From Candidatus Latescibacterota bacterium (lineage in GTDB: Bacteria; Latescibacterota; UBA2968; UBA8231): DNA of 64,000 bases. A program made the translations under genes and the position numbers. Positions 8,408 to 18,416 of the stretch are shown one piece after another. How positions within the stretch are numbered: position 1 is the stretch's first letter; each line of letters opens with the position of its first letter. Where the stretch lies: positions 3,776,001 to 3,840,000 of the forward strand of contig OY730476.1 of NCBI GenBank assembly GCA_963422735.1. The letters run 5' to 3'. Below the pieces are notes generated by a model. It had not been told where the DNA came from. It ran no database searches and worked only from the letters and a program-made list of their open reading frames with translations.

Positions 8408-10636
8408 ATGACAGAAAATAGTAGAGAGCAGCGTTTTGCCATTGAGGGTATGCACTGCGCTGGCTGTGTGCGGCAGGTCGAGCAGCAGGTGTCCAGATTG
8501 GTCGGCGTCGAAGTGGCTGACGTCAACTTGGCGACCGAGCAGATGGCCGTGCGCTTTGATCCTGTAGCTGTAGATGAGGAAAGCATTGCCGCGGCCGTGG
8601 CAAAAGCGGGGTTCCAAGCGCGGCTGCAAGCACCCGAAGCCGAAGGTGCCGCTAGGCGACAGGACCGCAAGCGGGCTGCTCTCACCGAGCAAGCTGCAGC
8701 GTTTCGCTGGGCCGCTGCGTTTTGGCTGCCGCTCTTCGCGGTGGAGATGGCCGAGCAGATGGGTACGCCCATTGCCGAGGCGCTGTCCTTGGCCCAGCAT
8801 CCGCTGCAGATGGGTGTTTTGCACCTGATGTTTTCGCTGCCGGTGCTGTGGATTGGCCGCCAGATCTACGCCGAGGGCGGGCAGGCTCTGTGGAGAGGCC
8901 GGCCCAACATGTTTTCGCTAATCGCCATTGGCACGGCTGCGGCTTGGCTCTACAGCGCTTGGGGCTTAGTATCCGTCGCCGTGGGTGCGGCCGCGGCGTT
9001 TGACTCCTATTTCCCGTCGGTTGCGACTATCGTCGCTCTGATGCTGATGGGCCGCTATCTCGAAGCTCGCTCGCGGTTGCGGGCCGAGGAGGCCATAGGG
9101 GCCCTGCTGCGGCTTAGACCCGACAAGGCCGCGCTGGTGACTGACGATGGAGAGCGGGAAATTGCGGCCGACGCCATCGAAGTGGGCGACTGCTTGCGCG
9201 TGCGCCCGGGCGAGCGCATTCCAGCCGACGGCGAAGTCGTCGAAGGAAATTCTACGGCGGATGAATCGCTGCTGACCGGCGAGTCGCTGCCCGTGGCCAA
9301 GGCACCGGGCGATGCCGTCACTGGCGGCAGCCTCAACGGCGCGGGCGCGCTCATGGTCCGCGCAACGTGCGTGGCTGGGGATGCGCTGTTGATGCAAATA
9401 GTGCGCTTAGTCGAGGCCGCGCAGGCGGGCAAAGCGCCGATTGCCCGCCTGGCCGATGTCGTCGCCGGGTATTTCGTGCCGGCCGTACTAGCCCTAGGCG
9501 CAGTGGCTGCGGTGGGTTGGCTGTGGGCCGGGGAGGGCCTGAGCTTTGCGTTGCAGGTTTTCGTGGCCGTGTTGATCATCGCCTGCCCGTGCAGCTTGGG
9601 ATTGGCCACGCCAACCGCCATTATGGTCGGCACGGGCCGCGGAGCGCACCTCGGCATCCTGTTCAAAAGCCCAGAAGTACTGGAAACAGCGCATAAAGTG
9701 GATGCCGTGGTGCTGGACAAAACCGGCACGATCACCGAGGGGCGGCCGCAGGTCGTGGCGGTGGAGCCGTTAAACGGATGCGGTACCGACGAAGTGCTGA
9801 GCTTGGCCGCGGCCGTGGAGCGCGGCTCGGAGCATCCACTGGCCGCAGCGATTGTGACCGCCGCCGCAGAGCAAGACCTTGCTGTGCCGGAGGCCAGCGG
9901 AGTCGTGGCGACGCCGGGAAAAGGCGCGCAGGCCGCGGTGGAAGGCGCGGCCGTGGCGGTGGGCAATCGCGCCATGATGGCGGCGGTGGGAATCCGCATA
10001 GACGAGGACAGCGACCCGACGGCCGGTGCCACCGTTGTATGGGTCGCGGCGGCGGGCGCATTGGTCGGCCGCGTGGCTTTGGCCGACCGCCCCCGCCCGC
10101 AGAGCAAGGACGATGTGGCTCGGCTACGCCAATATGGCTTGGAAGTAGTGATGCTCACGGGCGACAGCCGTCCGGCCGCTGAAGCCGTGGCGCGGCACGT
10201 GGGGATTGAGACCGTGTGCGCCGATGTCTTGCCCGCAGATAAGGCGGCGGTTGTGCAGGCATTGAAGGCCGAGGGCCGCTGCGTGGCCATGGTCGGCGAC
10301 GGGATCAACGACGCACCGGCACTGGCTGCCGCCGATGTGGGCATGGCCTTTGCCACCGGCACGGATGTGGCGGCCGCATCTGCTCCCGTGGTGCTCATGC
10401 ACAGTCGGTTGGCGGATGTGGCGCGGGCCATCGAACTGAGCCGAGCGGTTGTGCGGACCATAAAGCAGAATTTGTTCTGGGCGTTTTTTTACAACGCCGC
10501 GGGCATTCCGGTGGCCGCAGGTGTGCTCTACCTGTTCGGCGGCCCGCTGCTCAATCCGATGCTGGCGAGCCTAGCGATGGCCTTTTCGTCGGTGTCGGTG
10601 GTGATGAACGCGCTCCGGTTGCGGCGCTTTGGCTGA
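8408..10636 (+). CDS. copA: Cu(I)-translocating P1B-type ATPase
   Basis: GMHCAGC HMA domain, [28 protein letters not shown] and MAFSS copper-site motifs. Confidence 0.93.
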   Translation: MTENSREQRFAIEGMHCAGCVRQVEQQVSRLVGVEVADVNLATEQMAVRFDPVAVDEESIAAAVAKAGFQARLQAPEAEGAARRQDRKRAALTEQAAAFRWAAAFWLPLFAVEMAEQMGTPIAEALSLAQHPLQMGVLHLMFSLPVLWIGRQIYAEGGQALWRGRPNMFSLIAIGTAAAWLYSAWGLVSVAVGAAAAFDSYFPSVATIVALMLMGRYLEARSRLRAEEAIGALLRLRPDKAALVTDDGEREIAADAIEVGDCLRVRPGERIPADGEVVEGNSTADESLLTGESLPVAKAPGDAVTGGSLNGAGALMVRATCVAGDALLMQIVRLVEAAQAGKAPIARLADVVAGYFVPAVLALGAVAAVGWLWAGEGLSFALQVFVAVLIIACPCSLGLATPTAIMVGTGRGAHLGILFKSPEVLETAHKVDAVVLDKTGTITEGRPQVVAVEPLNGCGTDEVLSLAAAVERGSEHPLAAAIVTAAAEQDLAVPEASGVVATPGKGAQAAVEGAAVAVGNRAMMAAVGIRIDEDSDPTAGATVVWVAAAGALVGRVALADRPRPQSKDDVARLRQYGLEVVMLTGDSRPAAEAVARHVGIETVCADVLPADKAAVVQALKAEGRCVAMVGDGINDAPALAAADVGMAFATGTDVAAASAPVVLMHSRLADVARAIELSRAVVRTIKQNLFWAFFYNAAGIPVAAGVLYLFGGPLLNPMLASLAMAFSSVSVVMNALRLRRFG

Positions 10637-10748
10637 AGCCGCCATATTACAGGCTGATGTTGTGCACGGGCCTCTTAAGTATGAGATGCTGCGCTCCGCC
10701 ATGACAAGGAAGAAAAGCACCTAACGAGGCCAGCTTGAGGAGAGCGTT

Positions 10749-11981
10749 ATGGGTACAATTATGATGGTTGGGGCGTTTGACACGAAGGGGGTGGAATACG
10801 CCTTCTTGCGCGAGCAGATTTTGGTACGCGGCCACGAAGTGCTGGCGGTGAACACGGGCGTTACAGGCGAGTGCGAGGCCTTTGCTGTGGATGTGGAGGC
10901 CAGCGAGGTGGCTGTGGCCGGCGGCGCGTCGCTGGCGGCGCTGCGCACAGCCGGCGACCGCGGTGTCGCCATGAAGACTATGGGTGCGGGCGCGGCCAAG
11001 GTGGCGGAGCAATGGTACGCCGAGGGCCGGTTTGACGGCATCGTCGGCATGGGCGGGTCCGGTGGCAGCAGCGTGGTGACCGCGGCCATGCGCGCCCTGC
11101 CGGTAGGCGTGCCCAAAGTGTGCGTTTCGACCGTGGCGGCCGGCGACACCGCCGCGTACGTGGGTAGCAAGGACGTCGTGCTCATTCCGTCGATTGTGGA
11201 TGTGGCTGGAGTCAATCGGATTTCGCGGGTGATTTTCACGCGGGCCGCTGGCGCGATCTGCGGCATGGTCGAGGCCGAGCCGGCACCGGCTGGCGACGAC
11301 AAACCGATCGTCGTGGCGTCGATGTTTGGCAACACCACCGAATGCGTAAACGCGTGCAGCGAGGCCCTGGCGGCGAGCGGGTACGAGGTCTTGGTCTTTC
11401 ACGCCACCGGCACTGGCGGCCGCACCATGGAGTCGCTCATCGACGAGGGCTTAGTGGATGCGGCGCTGGACATCACCACCACCGAGTGGGCCGACGAAGT
11501 GTGCGGCGGCGTCTTCAGCGCAGGTCCAGACCGCTTGAGCGCGGCGGGCCGAGCGGGTTTGCCCCAGCTAGTGGTCCCCGGCTGCGTGGATATGGCCAAT
11601 TTTGGCGGCATGGATACCGTGCCGAAAAAATACAAGGACGGCACGCGGCTCTTTTACGAGTGGAACCCGGAGGTGACCTTGATGCGCACCAATGTCGAGG
11701 AGAATGCGCAGATGGGCCGAATATTCGCCGAAAAGCTCAATGCCGCCCGAGGCCCGGTCGCCTTGCTCATTCCGCTTAGAGGCGTGTCGATCCTCGACGG
11801 CGACGGCGAGATGTTTTGCGACCGCGAAGCCGACCGCGCCTTTTGCGACGCCCTCAAAGCTAACTTGGACGAGGGCATCCTCGTCCGCGAAGTCGATCAC
11901 AACATCAACGATCCAGAGTTTGCAGCCGCAGCGACTGCGCTGCTGCTGGAGCTAATTGCCGAGAAAGCAGGAGAGTTATGA
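10749..11981 (+). CDS. Tm-1-like ATP-binding domain protein (UPF0261)
   Basis: GAFDTKGVE, GGSGGS, LPVGVPKVCVST, SIVDVAGVN, SMFGNTT, VFHATGTGGR, DITTTE, PGCVDMANFG, INDPEFA. Confidence 0.92.
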   Translation: MGTIMMVGAFDTKGVEYAFLREQILVRGHEVLAVNTGVTGECEAFAVDVEASEVAVAGGASLAALRTAGDRGVAMKTMGAGAAKVAEQWYAEGRFDGIVGMGGSGGSSVVTAAMRALPVGVPKVCVSTVAAGDTAAYVGSKDVVLIPSIVDVAGVNRISRVIFTRAAGAICGMVEAEPAPAGDDKPIVVASMFGNTTECVNACSEALAASGYEVLVFHATGTGGRTMESLIDEGLVDAALDITTTEWADEVCGGVFSAGPDRLSAAGRAGLPQLVVPGCVDMANFGGMDTVPKKYKDGTRLFYEWNPEVTLMRTNVEENAQMGRIFAEKLNAARGPVALLIPLRGVSILDGDGEMFCDREADRAFCDALKANLDEGILVREVDHNINDPEFAAAATALLLELIAEKAGEL

Positions 11982-12394
11982 GCGAAAAAAAGACATTTAT
12001 CCAATGCGCCGACGTGGAGACCCAAGTCTTTGACTGGGGCCGCTTAAACTGGCTTTCCGAACCACTGGTGACCGCAGCCGAGCACTTTAGCTGCGGCGTG
12101 GTGGAACTGGCCCCAGGCAAGGGCCATGTGCGCCACAACCATCCTTATAGCGAGGAGATCCTCTACGTGATAGAGGGCACCGGGATCCAGACGGTGGAGC
12201 TGGAGTCGGGTATGCTGGAAAAGGTGATTGGCCCGGGCGAGCTGGTACATATTCCAACGGCCGTGTATCACTCGACGGTCAACAATGGGGATGGCCCTAT
12301 GAAGCTAATCGCTGTGTATGCGCCATTTGGGCCAGAGGCCGAGCTACGGAAGATGGCGGGGGTGCGGATAGAAAAAGCAGTAGTTAGCGGCTAG
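11978..12394 (+). CDS. Cupin domain protein
   Basis: PGKGHVRHNHP.SEEILYVIEG and G.LVHIP..VYHST.N cupin metal motifs; ATGA overlap with the upstream gene. Confidence 0.9.
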   Translation: MSEKKTFIQCADVETQVFDWGRLNWLSEPLVTAAEHFSCGVVELAPGKGHVRHNHPYSEEILYVIEGTGIQTVELESGMLEKVIGPGELVHIPTAVYHSTVNNGDGPMKLIAVYAPFGPEAELRKMAGVRIEKAVVSG

Positions 12395-12424
12395 CCCCCA
12401 CATCCCCTGATCAGGGAGCGGACC

Positions 12425-12529
12425 AACCACTAACCACCAACCACTAACCACTAACCACTAACCACTAACCACCAACCACTAACCACTAACCACTAACCAC
12501 TAACCACTAACCACTAACCACTAACCACT
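12425..12529. repeat. Heptamer tandem array (AACCACT/C)x15
   Basis: 15 units (13 AACCACT, 2 AACCACC) ending 4 nt before ATG 12534; 12-bp palindrome CCCTGATCAGGG upstream at 12405-12416. Confidence 0.97.
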
Positions 12530-12533
12530 AATT

Positions 12534-13361
12534 ATGGCTTTTACAAGAGAAGAAGTGCTCACGCGGTTGCGGCAGAACATCGCCGATGAGGCTCCCATTA
12601 TCGGCGCGGGAGCCGGCACCGGGATCAGCGCGAAGTTCGAGGAGGTCGGCGGGGTTGACTTGATTGTGATTTACAATTCTGGGCGATTTCGCATGGCGGG
12701 CCGGGGGTCGCTGGCTGGGACCATGCCGTATGGGGACGCCAATGCGATTGTGATGGATATGGCCGGAGAGGTGTTGACGGTGGTGGAGGATACGCCGGTA
12801 CTGGCCGGCGTGTGCGGGACGGACCCGTTCCGGCAGATGGATGTTTTCTTGCGCGAAGTTGCAGCAATCGGGTTTTCCGGCGTGCAGAATTTTCCGACCG
12901 TAGGGCTGATTGATGGGTTGTATCGGCAGAACTTGGAGGAAACTGGGATGGGCTATGGGGTGGAGGTGGAGATGATTCGCACGGCGCACGAGATGGGATT
13001 GTTGACGACGCCGTATGCGTTTAATCCCGAAGAGGGCGAGCAGATGGCGGCGGCCGGTGCCGACATTGTGGTGGCGCATACTGGGCTTACCACCAAGGGC
13101 GCGATTGGCGCGACGACCGCGCTGACTTTGGAGGAGTCGGTGGGGGTGGTGCAGGCGATATGCGACGCGGCGCGGGGGGAGTCCGAGGAGGTGATTGTGC
13201 TGTGTCACGGGGGGCCGATTTCAGAGCCGGAGGACGCCGAGTATGTGTTGCAAAACACGACGGGCGTCAATGGCTTCTACGGCGCGTCGAGCATGGAGCG
13301 GTTGCCGGTGGAGGCGGCCATTACCGAGCACGTGAAAAAGTACAAGGCCATCCGCTTTTGA
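12534..13361 (+). CDS. Phosphoenolpyruvate-hydrolase-like TIM-barrel protein (Tm-1 C-terminal homologue)
   Basis: [72 protein letters not shown]. Confidence 0.93.
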   Translation: MAFTREEVLTRLRQNIADEAPIIGAGAGTGISAKFEEVGGVDLIVIYNSGRFRMAGRGSLAGTMPYGDANAIVMDMAGEVLTVVEDTPVLAGVCGTDPFRQMDVFLREVAAIGFSGVQNFPTVGLIDGLYRQNLEETGMGYGVEVEMIRTAHEMGLLTTPYAFNPEEGEQMAAAGADIVVAHTGLTTKGAIGATTALTLEESVGVVQAICDAARGESEEVIVLCHGGPISEPEDAEYVLQNTTGVNGFYGASSMERLPVEAAITEHVKKYKAIRF

Positions 13362-13380
13362 TACGGCCCGGTTGAAGCCA

Positions 13381-13920
13381 ATGCGCCCCTTGCGCAAAGT
13401 TGAGGTGAAGCGGCTCTTTGCGGATGCGGCGAAGAGCTATCCGCCCAAGGCGGAGCTATCCTTTCTGTTGCAGAGTATCGAAGACCCGCTCAATGTCGGC
13501 GCGATGTTTCGCATTGCCGATGCGTGCGGGGCGCGGGAATTGGTTTTTACGGGTGTGACGCCCTCGCCGCCACACGAGGATATTGAGCGCACGGCTCGGG
13601 GCCATGAGCGGCGAGTAGCTTGGCGGCGGATCGGGCGCATTGACGAAGCGGCCAACGCGCTGCGGGAGGAGGGGTATCACTTGGTGGCGTTGGAAATGGT
13701 GCAGGGGGCCGCGTGCTATTTGGAATACGATTTCCCGGACAAAGTGTGTTTAGTGCTCGGCAACGAGATCAAAGGCGTCTATCGACAGACCTTGGCGTGG
13801 TGCGATGGCGCGGTCTATATCCCCATGTACGGCAAGGGGCCGTCAATGAATGTTCACGTGGCTGGTGCGCTCGTGGCGTATCAGGCATTGCTTGGGAAAG
13901 GCAACCCCCTTCAGGTCTGA
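13381..13920 (+). CDS. TrmH/SpoU family RNA 2'-O-methyltransferase
   Basis: IEDPLNVGAMFRIADA, LVLGNEIKGV, IPMYG..PSMNV..A SPOUT motifs. Confidence 0.9.
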   Translation: MRPLRKVEVKRLFADAAKSYPPKAELSFLLQSIEDPLNVGAMFRIADACGARELVFTGVTPSPPHEDIERTARGHERRVAWRRIGRIDEAANALREEGYHLVALEMVQGAACYLEYDFPDKVCLVLGNEIKGVYRQTLAWCDGAVYIPMYGKGPSMNVHVAGALVAYQALLGKGNPLQV

Positions 13921-13930
13921 TGACGTCCTC

Positions 13931-14533
13931 GTGCAGATCGACCCCCGCTCCATAGATGCGCACCCCGAGCTGGTTTCGTCCAGCGAGGTGCTGGCTTCGG
14001 GCCAACGGGTTCATTTTTGCCCTTTGCGCGGCGATCAGGCCGCTGCCTTGGGCGCGTATTTCACCGGCTTGTCGCAAGCCACCCGCCGGGTGTACGGGCC
14101 GCATCCTCTTGACCAAGAGACGGCCGATGGTTTTTGCGCCGCGTTGGACAGCGCCCGGACTTTGCGTATGCTGGCTTGGATTGAGGAGGAGGGAGTCGAG
14201 CGCATTGTGGCGTATTTCGTCGTCGAACTGGGCGTGCGGGCCGGAGATCGCCGGCGCTACCAAGCACTGGGCTTGGCCCTGCACGACGAGATCGATTGTA
14301 CTCTGGCCCCTTCCGTGGCCGACGCGTACCAGAGCGAGGGACTGGGCAGTTTGATGATGCAGCATCTGCTGAGGCTGTTGCCACGGCTGGGGCGGCAGCG
14401 CCTGCTGCTGTGGGGTGGAGTGCGGGCGGATAATCTCCACGCCATCCACTTCTACACCAAATTCGGTTTTCGGCGCGTGGGCGAGTTTGAGGCCGGAAGC
14501 ACCAACAATTACAACATGATAGCAGACTTGTGA
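13931..14533 (+). CDS. GNAT family N-acetyltransferase
   Basis: VADAYQSEGLGSLM acetyl-CoA motif A and N..AIHFYTKFGF; start uncertain (GTG 13931 chosen to avoid a long overlap). Confidence 0.85.
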   Translation: MQIDPRSIDAHPELVSSSEVLASGQRVHFCPLRGDQAAALGAYFTGLSQATRRVYGPHPLDQETADGFCAALDSARTLRMLAWIEEEGVERIVAYFVVELGVRAGDRRRYQALGLALHDEIDCTLAPSVADAYQSEGLGSLMMQHLLRLLPRLGRQRLLLWGGVRADNLHAIHFYTKFGFRRVGEFEAGSTNNYNMIADL

Positions 14534-14547
14534 GAAGAGGAGAGGCA

Positions 14548-15360
14548 ATGGCGACTCTACAACTGAAAGTGCAATACTTCCAAGATAGTACGCCCGCAGA
14601 AGTGCCCTGCCGCGAGGAGAATTTCGTCGTGCGGGAACTGGGCTTCGCCCTGCCGGTCGAGCAGACGGCGCTAGTGCTGATCGACCTGTGGAACGTGCAT
14701 CACATCGATAGCTGGATCGAACGCGCCGAGGCCGTGACCAAAGAAGTGATTGCGCCGCTCATTGGGCGGGCGCGGGAATGCGGCCTAACCATTGTGCAGG
14801 CACCCAGTCCCGGAGTACTGGCCAATTTCCCGGATAAGTACGAGGTGTACCAAGGCTACACGCCCGAGCCTGAGCCGGGGCTGGCCCCGAGTTGGCCGCC
14901 GACTGAGTTCCGCAATCGGCAGGGAGCGTATGCCTGTTTCCGAGGGCCAAGAGACCAAGAGCCGGGCATTGGCCCCTATTGGAAGAACTTAACCGGGCAA
15001 CTCGATCTTTCGTCCCATGTTGCCGTGGAGGAGGGCGACTTTGTTGTGGGTACGGGCCAGCAACTGCACGATTTGTGCGAGGAACGCGGCATTCTGCACT
15101 TGCTTTTCGCCGGCTTTGCGACCAACTGGTGTATATTGGGCCGCGACTACGGCATCCGCGCCGTGCGTAGGCGGGGCTATAATACCATTTTGGTGCGGGA
15201 CGCCACGGAAGGAGTGGAATTCCCCGATACACTAAAGGCGCGGTGGGCCACGGAACTGGCCGTGCGCGAGGTCGAGCAGGTGCATGGCTTTTCCACCTCG
15301 ACGGCCGATTTTTACGTCGCCTGTGCCGTCTTGGATTCACAGGAGAGTAACGCACTATGA
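14548..15360 (+). CDS. Isochorismatase-like cysteine hydrolase
   Basis: TALVLIDLWN, LLFAGFATNWCI (catalytic Cys), LVRDAT; GGAG RBS. Confidence 0.8.
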   Translation: MATLQLKVQYFQDSTPAEVPCREENFVVRELGFALPVEQTALVLIDLWNVHHIDSWIERAEAVTKEVIAPLIGRARECGLTIVQAPSPGVLANFPDKYEVYQGYTPEPEPGLAPSWPPTEFRNRQGAYACFRGPRDQEPGIGPYWKNLTGQLDLSSHVAVEEGDFVVGTGQQLHDLCEERGILHLLFAGFATNWCILGRDYGIRAVRRRGYNTILVRDATEGVEFPDTLKARWATELAVREVEQVHGFSTSTADFYVACAVLDSQESNAL

Positions 15361-16274
15361 ATGAGCCGATCGTCTATCTCAACGATGGCTTCGTCCCCGC
15401 TTCCCAAGCCCATCTCAATATCTACGATTTGGGGATCGTACTGGGGGCCACCCTGACCGAAATGACTCGCACGTTCAGGCACGAGCCGTTCCGCTTGGAG
15501 GAGCACGTGCGGCGGCTTTTGCGGTCGTGTAAGTACGCCGGCATTGAGTTGGCCTTGGACCACGAGGGGTTGGTCGAATGCACGCGGACCTTGATCCAGA
15601 CCAATAGCAAGCTGATCGGTCCCGAGCAGGATTTGGGCGTCGTCCACTTTGTAACGCCAGGGGAAAACCATATCTACGCTGGCAACGCTGGGAAACCGGC
15701 GCGTCTGACGCCCACGTTGTGCATCCACTCCTTCCCGCTGCCCTTTGCCGTGTGGCGATCCTATTTTGAGCAGGGCGTCCACGCGGTTACTCCCTCCATC
15801 CGCCACGTGCCGCCCCAATGCGTTGACCCCAAGACCAAAAACCGCTCGCGCTTGCACTATTGGCTGGCCGATAGGCAATCGCAGGCAGTCGATCCCCAAG
15901 CCACCTCGCTGCTACTCGATTTGGACGGCAACCTCACTGAGTGTTCGGGGGCCAACTTCGTCGTGGTAGAAAACGACGCGATCTTTACGCCCACTAGCCG
16001 CAATGTACTGGAAGGGGTGAGCTTGGTGACGCTGCGGGAATTGGCACCCGAGTTGGGATTGGGTTGGGTCGAGAAGGAATTGCAGCTCTACGATGCGGTC
16101 AATGCGGACGAGGCTTGGTTGACCAGCACGCCCTATTGTCTAGCGCCGTGTACGCGCATCAACAATACGCCGATTGGCGACGGGAAGCCCGGCCCCCTGT
16201 TTGGACGGGTGATGGGGGCGTGGAGCCAGCGGGTGGGGATGGACATTTTGGAGCAGCTTAAAAACGCGGATTGA
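15357..16274 (+). CDS. Aminotransferase class IV (fold type IV PLP enzyme)
   Basis: VYLND.FVP..A..NIYD.G, FRLEEHVRRL, KTKNRSRL, LTECSGANF, VLEGVS, ADEAWLTST, IGDGKPG. Confidence 0.9.
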   Translation: MNEPIVYLNDGFVPASQAHLNIYDLGIVLGATLTEMTRTFRHEPFRLEEHVRRLLRSCKYAGIELALDHEGLVECTRTLIQTNSKLIGPEQDLGVVHFVTPGENHIYAGNAGKPARLTPTLCIHSFPLPFAVWRSYFEQGVHAVTPSIRHVPPQCVDPKTKNRSRLHYWLADRQSQAVDPQATSLLLDLDGNLTECSGANFVVVENDAIFTPTSRNVLEGVSLVTLRELAPELGLGWVEKELQLYDAVNADEAWLTSTPYCLAPCTRINNTPIGDGKPGPLFGRVMGAWSQRVGMDILEQLKNAD

Positions 16275-16379
16275 GACGCAAAGAAACCGCACCACGACGA
16301 AGCGTGCGACGATCTACATTTATCCGTGGGATGTGTCGGACGGAAGTACTATATGAATGGACGGGAACTCGTCAGATGT

Positions 16380-16837
16380 GCCAGACTTCCGTCAGCACTT
16401 TCCCGACTGATTCCCACCCGAAGGCTGGGCTTCCACGCTCGTGGCTTACAAGCTCGCCGCGATCTCGGACAGGGGTGCCACACCGACGCATTTGGGCATC
16501 CTGCTTTTTGCCGAGCAGCCCGAGCAGTGTATTTACGGGGCGTACATCGATATAGCCGTATCGAGTTCCAAAATCCCGGGACGCTCTACAACACATTGAC
16601 CATCGAAAATTTGTACGCTAGGTGTCAGCCGGTGCGCCGGGATCAGTTGCTCACCGGCTTCATGCGCTACTACAAAAGCCTAGTTAGGGGCTCCAGCTTT
16701 CTGAAGCGAGGGGCGAGGGATTTTTGAATTTGGTCCGCGACAGTCTGCGTTTGTCGGGGCGGCGGCCGAAACTGGAACAGATCGGGGCGGCGACGAAGTT
16801 GACTATCTACGCGGCGCAATACCCGGAGTTGGAATAG
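16380..16837 (+). pseudogene. Remnant of an AlbA/Schlafen-type regulator with HATPase_c_4 (RecG C-terminal-like) domain
   Basis: Pieces in three frames: PTHLGILLFAEQPEQ..GAYIDIA, RIEFQNPGTLYNTLTIENL...PVRR.QLL, EARGEGFLNLVRDS...TKLTIYA*; large internal deletions. Confidence 0.6.
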
Positions 16838-17006
16838 GGGTGATTCCTCCGAGCTGTTGGACGGAACTTGGTAATAGAAGACCAAGCTGCCTAGCCTAAA
16901 CCACCCTGTTCGCCTAAAGGAGGTTGTAAACGCATCCCCGATCGCGAGGTATTCAAAGGGACTTTATAGGTCTTACGCAGTAGATCTCGACCAACCGCAC
17001 GCCGCG

Positions 17007-17918
17007 TTAGTGCTCCGGTAATATCGGAAACGACTCGATATCCCCCGCGACGGTCTCCAGCAGGGTTGCGATCTCCCGCTTGTCGCCTTCGTCCAACGCC
17101 AGCTTGCCTGCCGGTGCCCGTTCCACCAGCGTGCTGAACACTCCGCGGCGCTTGAGGATATAGCGCATAAAGGGGTGGTTTTCGAGAATGATCAGCGGCA
17201 ACAGGCGGCGGTGCATCGTGCGCGCATCCTCCTCCTGCCCGGCCCACCACAGCTCGGTAATCTTGGCCAGCACATCGGCCAGCTCGCAGGCTGGCATATT
17301 GCCATTGGCGCCGCGGCGCATCTCGTCGGGCAAAAACTTGCCCGCCGCCCCGCCGAAGATGCACTTGACCCGGTCGCCGATCATCTCGGCCACCTCGGCG
17401 ATGTGCTTAGGACCGGGCTGCCGCTCCTCCTTGACGTATTCGATCTGCGGAATCTCGTCGACTAGTTGCGCCACCTGCTCGCCGCGCAACGGCGCGTACA
17501 TATCGGCGTTCTGCACCATGATCGGCCCATCGAACACCCCAGCCAACCGCCGGTACAGGTCCATTGCCGTGGCCGCGTCGGTGCGTGCTGGCGTCATGGC
17601 GATAATCGAATCCGCCCCGGCTTTTTGTGCCGCCCGCGCATAGAGCAGCACCTGCGGCACCGAGATCCCGGAACAGCCGAAAACCACGGGCAGGCGGCTG
17701 TTGACCTCTTCCAGCACCGCGTCCAGTCCCCGGATCCGCTCCTCCTCACCCAAAAACCAGAACTCCCCGACCATCACCGGCCAGACGATGCCGTGCTGGC
17801 CGCTCTCGCAGCAGAAATTGGCCACCTTCTTCAGGTCGTTGATATGGATCTCGAGGTCGTCCCTGTACGGCGTCGGCAAGAGCCCAAAAATCCCCTTCAT
17901 GTCGTCAAATCGCGCCAT
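17007..17918 (-). CDS. Dihydrodipicolinate synthase (DapA/NAL) family aldolase/dehydratase
   Basis: GIFGLLPTPY, GE...L.EEER, GADSII, IMVQN, YVKEE Schiff-base Lys. Confidence 0.88.
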   Translation of the reverse strand: MARFDDMKGIFGLLPTPYRDDLEIHINDLKKVANFCCESGQHGIVWPVMVGEFWFLGEEERIRGLDAVLEEVNSRLPVVFGCSGISVPQVLLYARAAQKAGADSIIAMTPARTDAATAMDLYRRLAGVFDGPIMVQNADMYAPLRGEQVAQLVDEIPQIEYVKEERQPGPKHIAEVAEMIGDRVKCIFGGAAGKFLPDEMRRGANGNMPACELADVLAKITELWWAGQEEDARTMHRRLLPLIILENHPFMRYILKRRGVFSTLVERAPAGKLALDEGDKREIATLLETVAGDIESFPILPEH

Positions 17919-17989
17919 TGTTCAGCCTTTCCTGTAGTTGCTTGTCCTAGCGGCGGTCGGGCTGCCAGAAGTCGAGTTTGGGGTTGTCC

Positions 17990-18263
17990 CATAGGTCAGC
18001 CCTAAGTCCATGCGCCCCTTCACCCGCTCGGCATAAGCTTCCGGCATCGGTTCTTCCGGCTCGGGTGTGTCGGCATACAGGCGCACTCTGTCGCGGTATT
18101 TGCCGCCCAAAAAATGATAGCATAGCACGCCATAGACCTTGCCGATCCGATCCCACAGCACCAGTTCGATGCCCGACACGCCGCCGCCCGAGTGCCCCCA
18201 GTTGCCAAACTGCTTTATCGAGCGGAAAATCATGTCGATATTGCACGGATTCTGCCCCACAAC
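17990..18263 (-). pseudogene. Internal fragment of a mandelate racemase/muconate lactonizing enzyme family protein
   Basis: GQNPCNID.IFR.IKQFG..G..GGGVSGIE..LWD..GK.YGV..Y..LGGKYRDRVRLYADTP; no start and no TIM barrel. Confidence 0.8.
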
Positions 18264-18416
18264 TGGCTCTTGCTTCGGTGGTCGCCTCGACGTATTGGGG
18301 CAGTGTACTAACCGGCACAGCGCGAACCGATGTGAGTTCCGTTTCTCTATGTTCACCACACCCCATCCACACAAGTGTAGCGAGCATAAAAAAGCGGCTG
18401 CCGCAACGCGCCCAGT

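Noticed and set aside
9055-10461. 468-aa antisense ORF over copA (and similar shadow ORFs, e.g. 51819-52262, 56072-56953, 63243-63989)
   Set aside because: Expected artefacts of GC-rich codon bias opposite well-supported genes; no motifs
12425-12529. Possible CRISPR array or telomere-like repeat
   Set aside because: 7-bp units with no spacers, no cas genes, and an internal intergenic position
16967-16980. TAGGTCTTACGCAG resembling a transposon end similar to the MITE TIR
   Set aside because: No convincing partner inverted repeat or target duplication found
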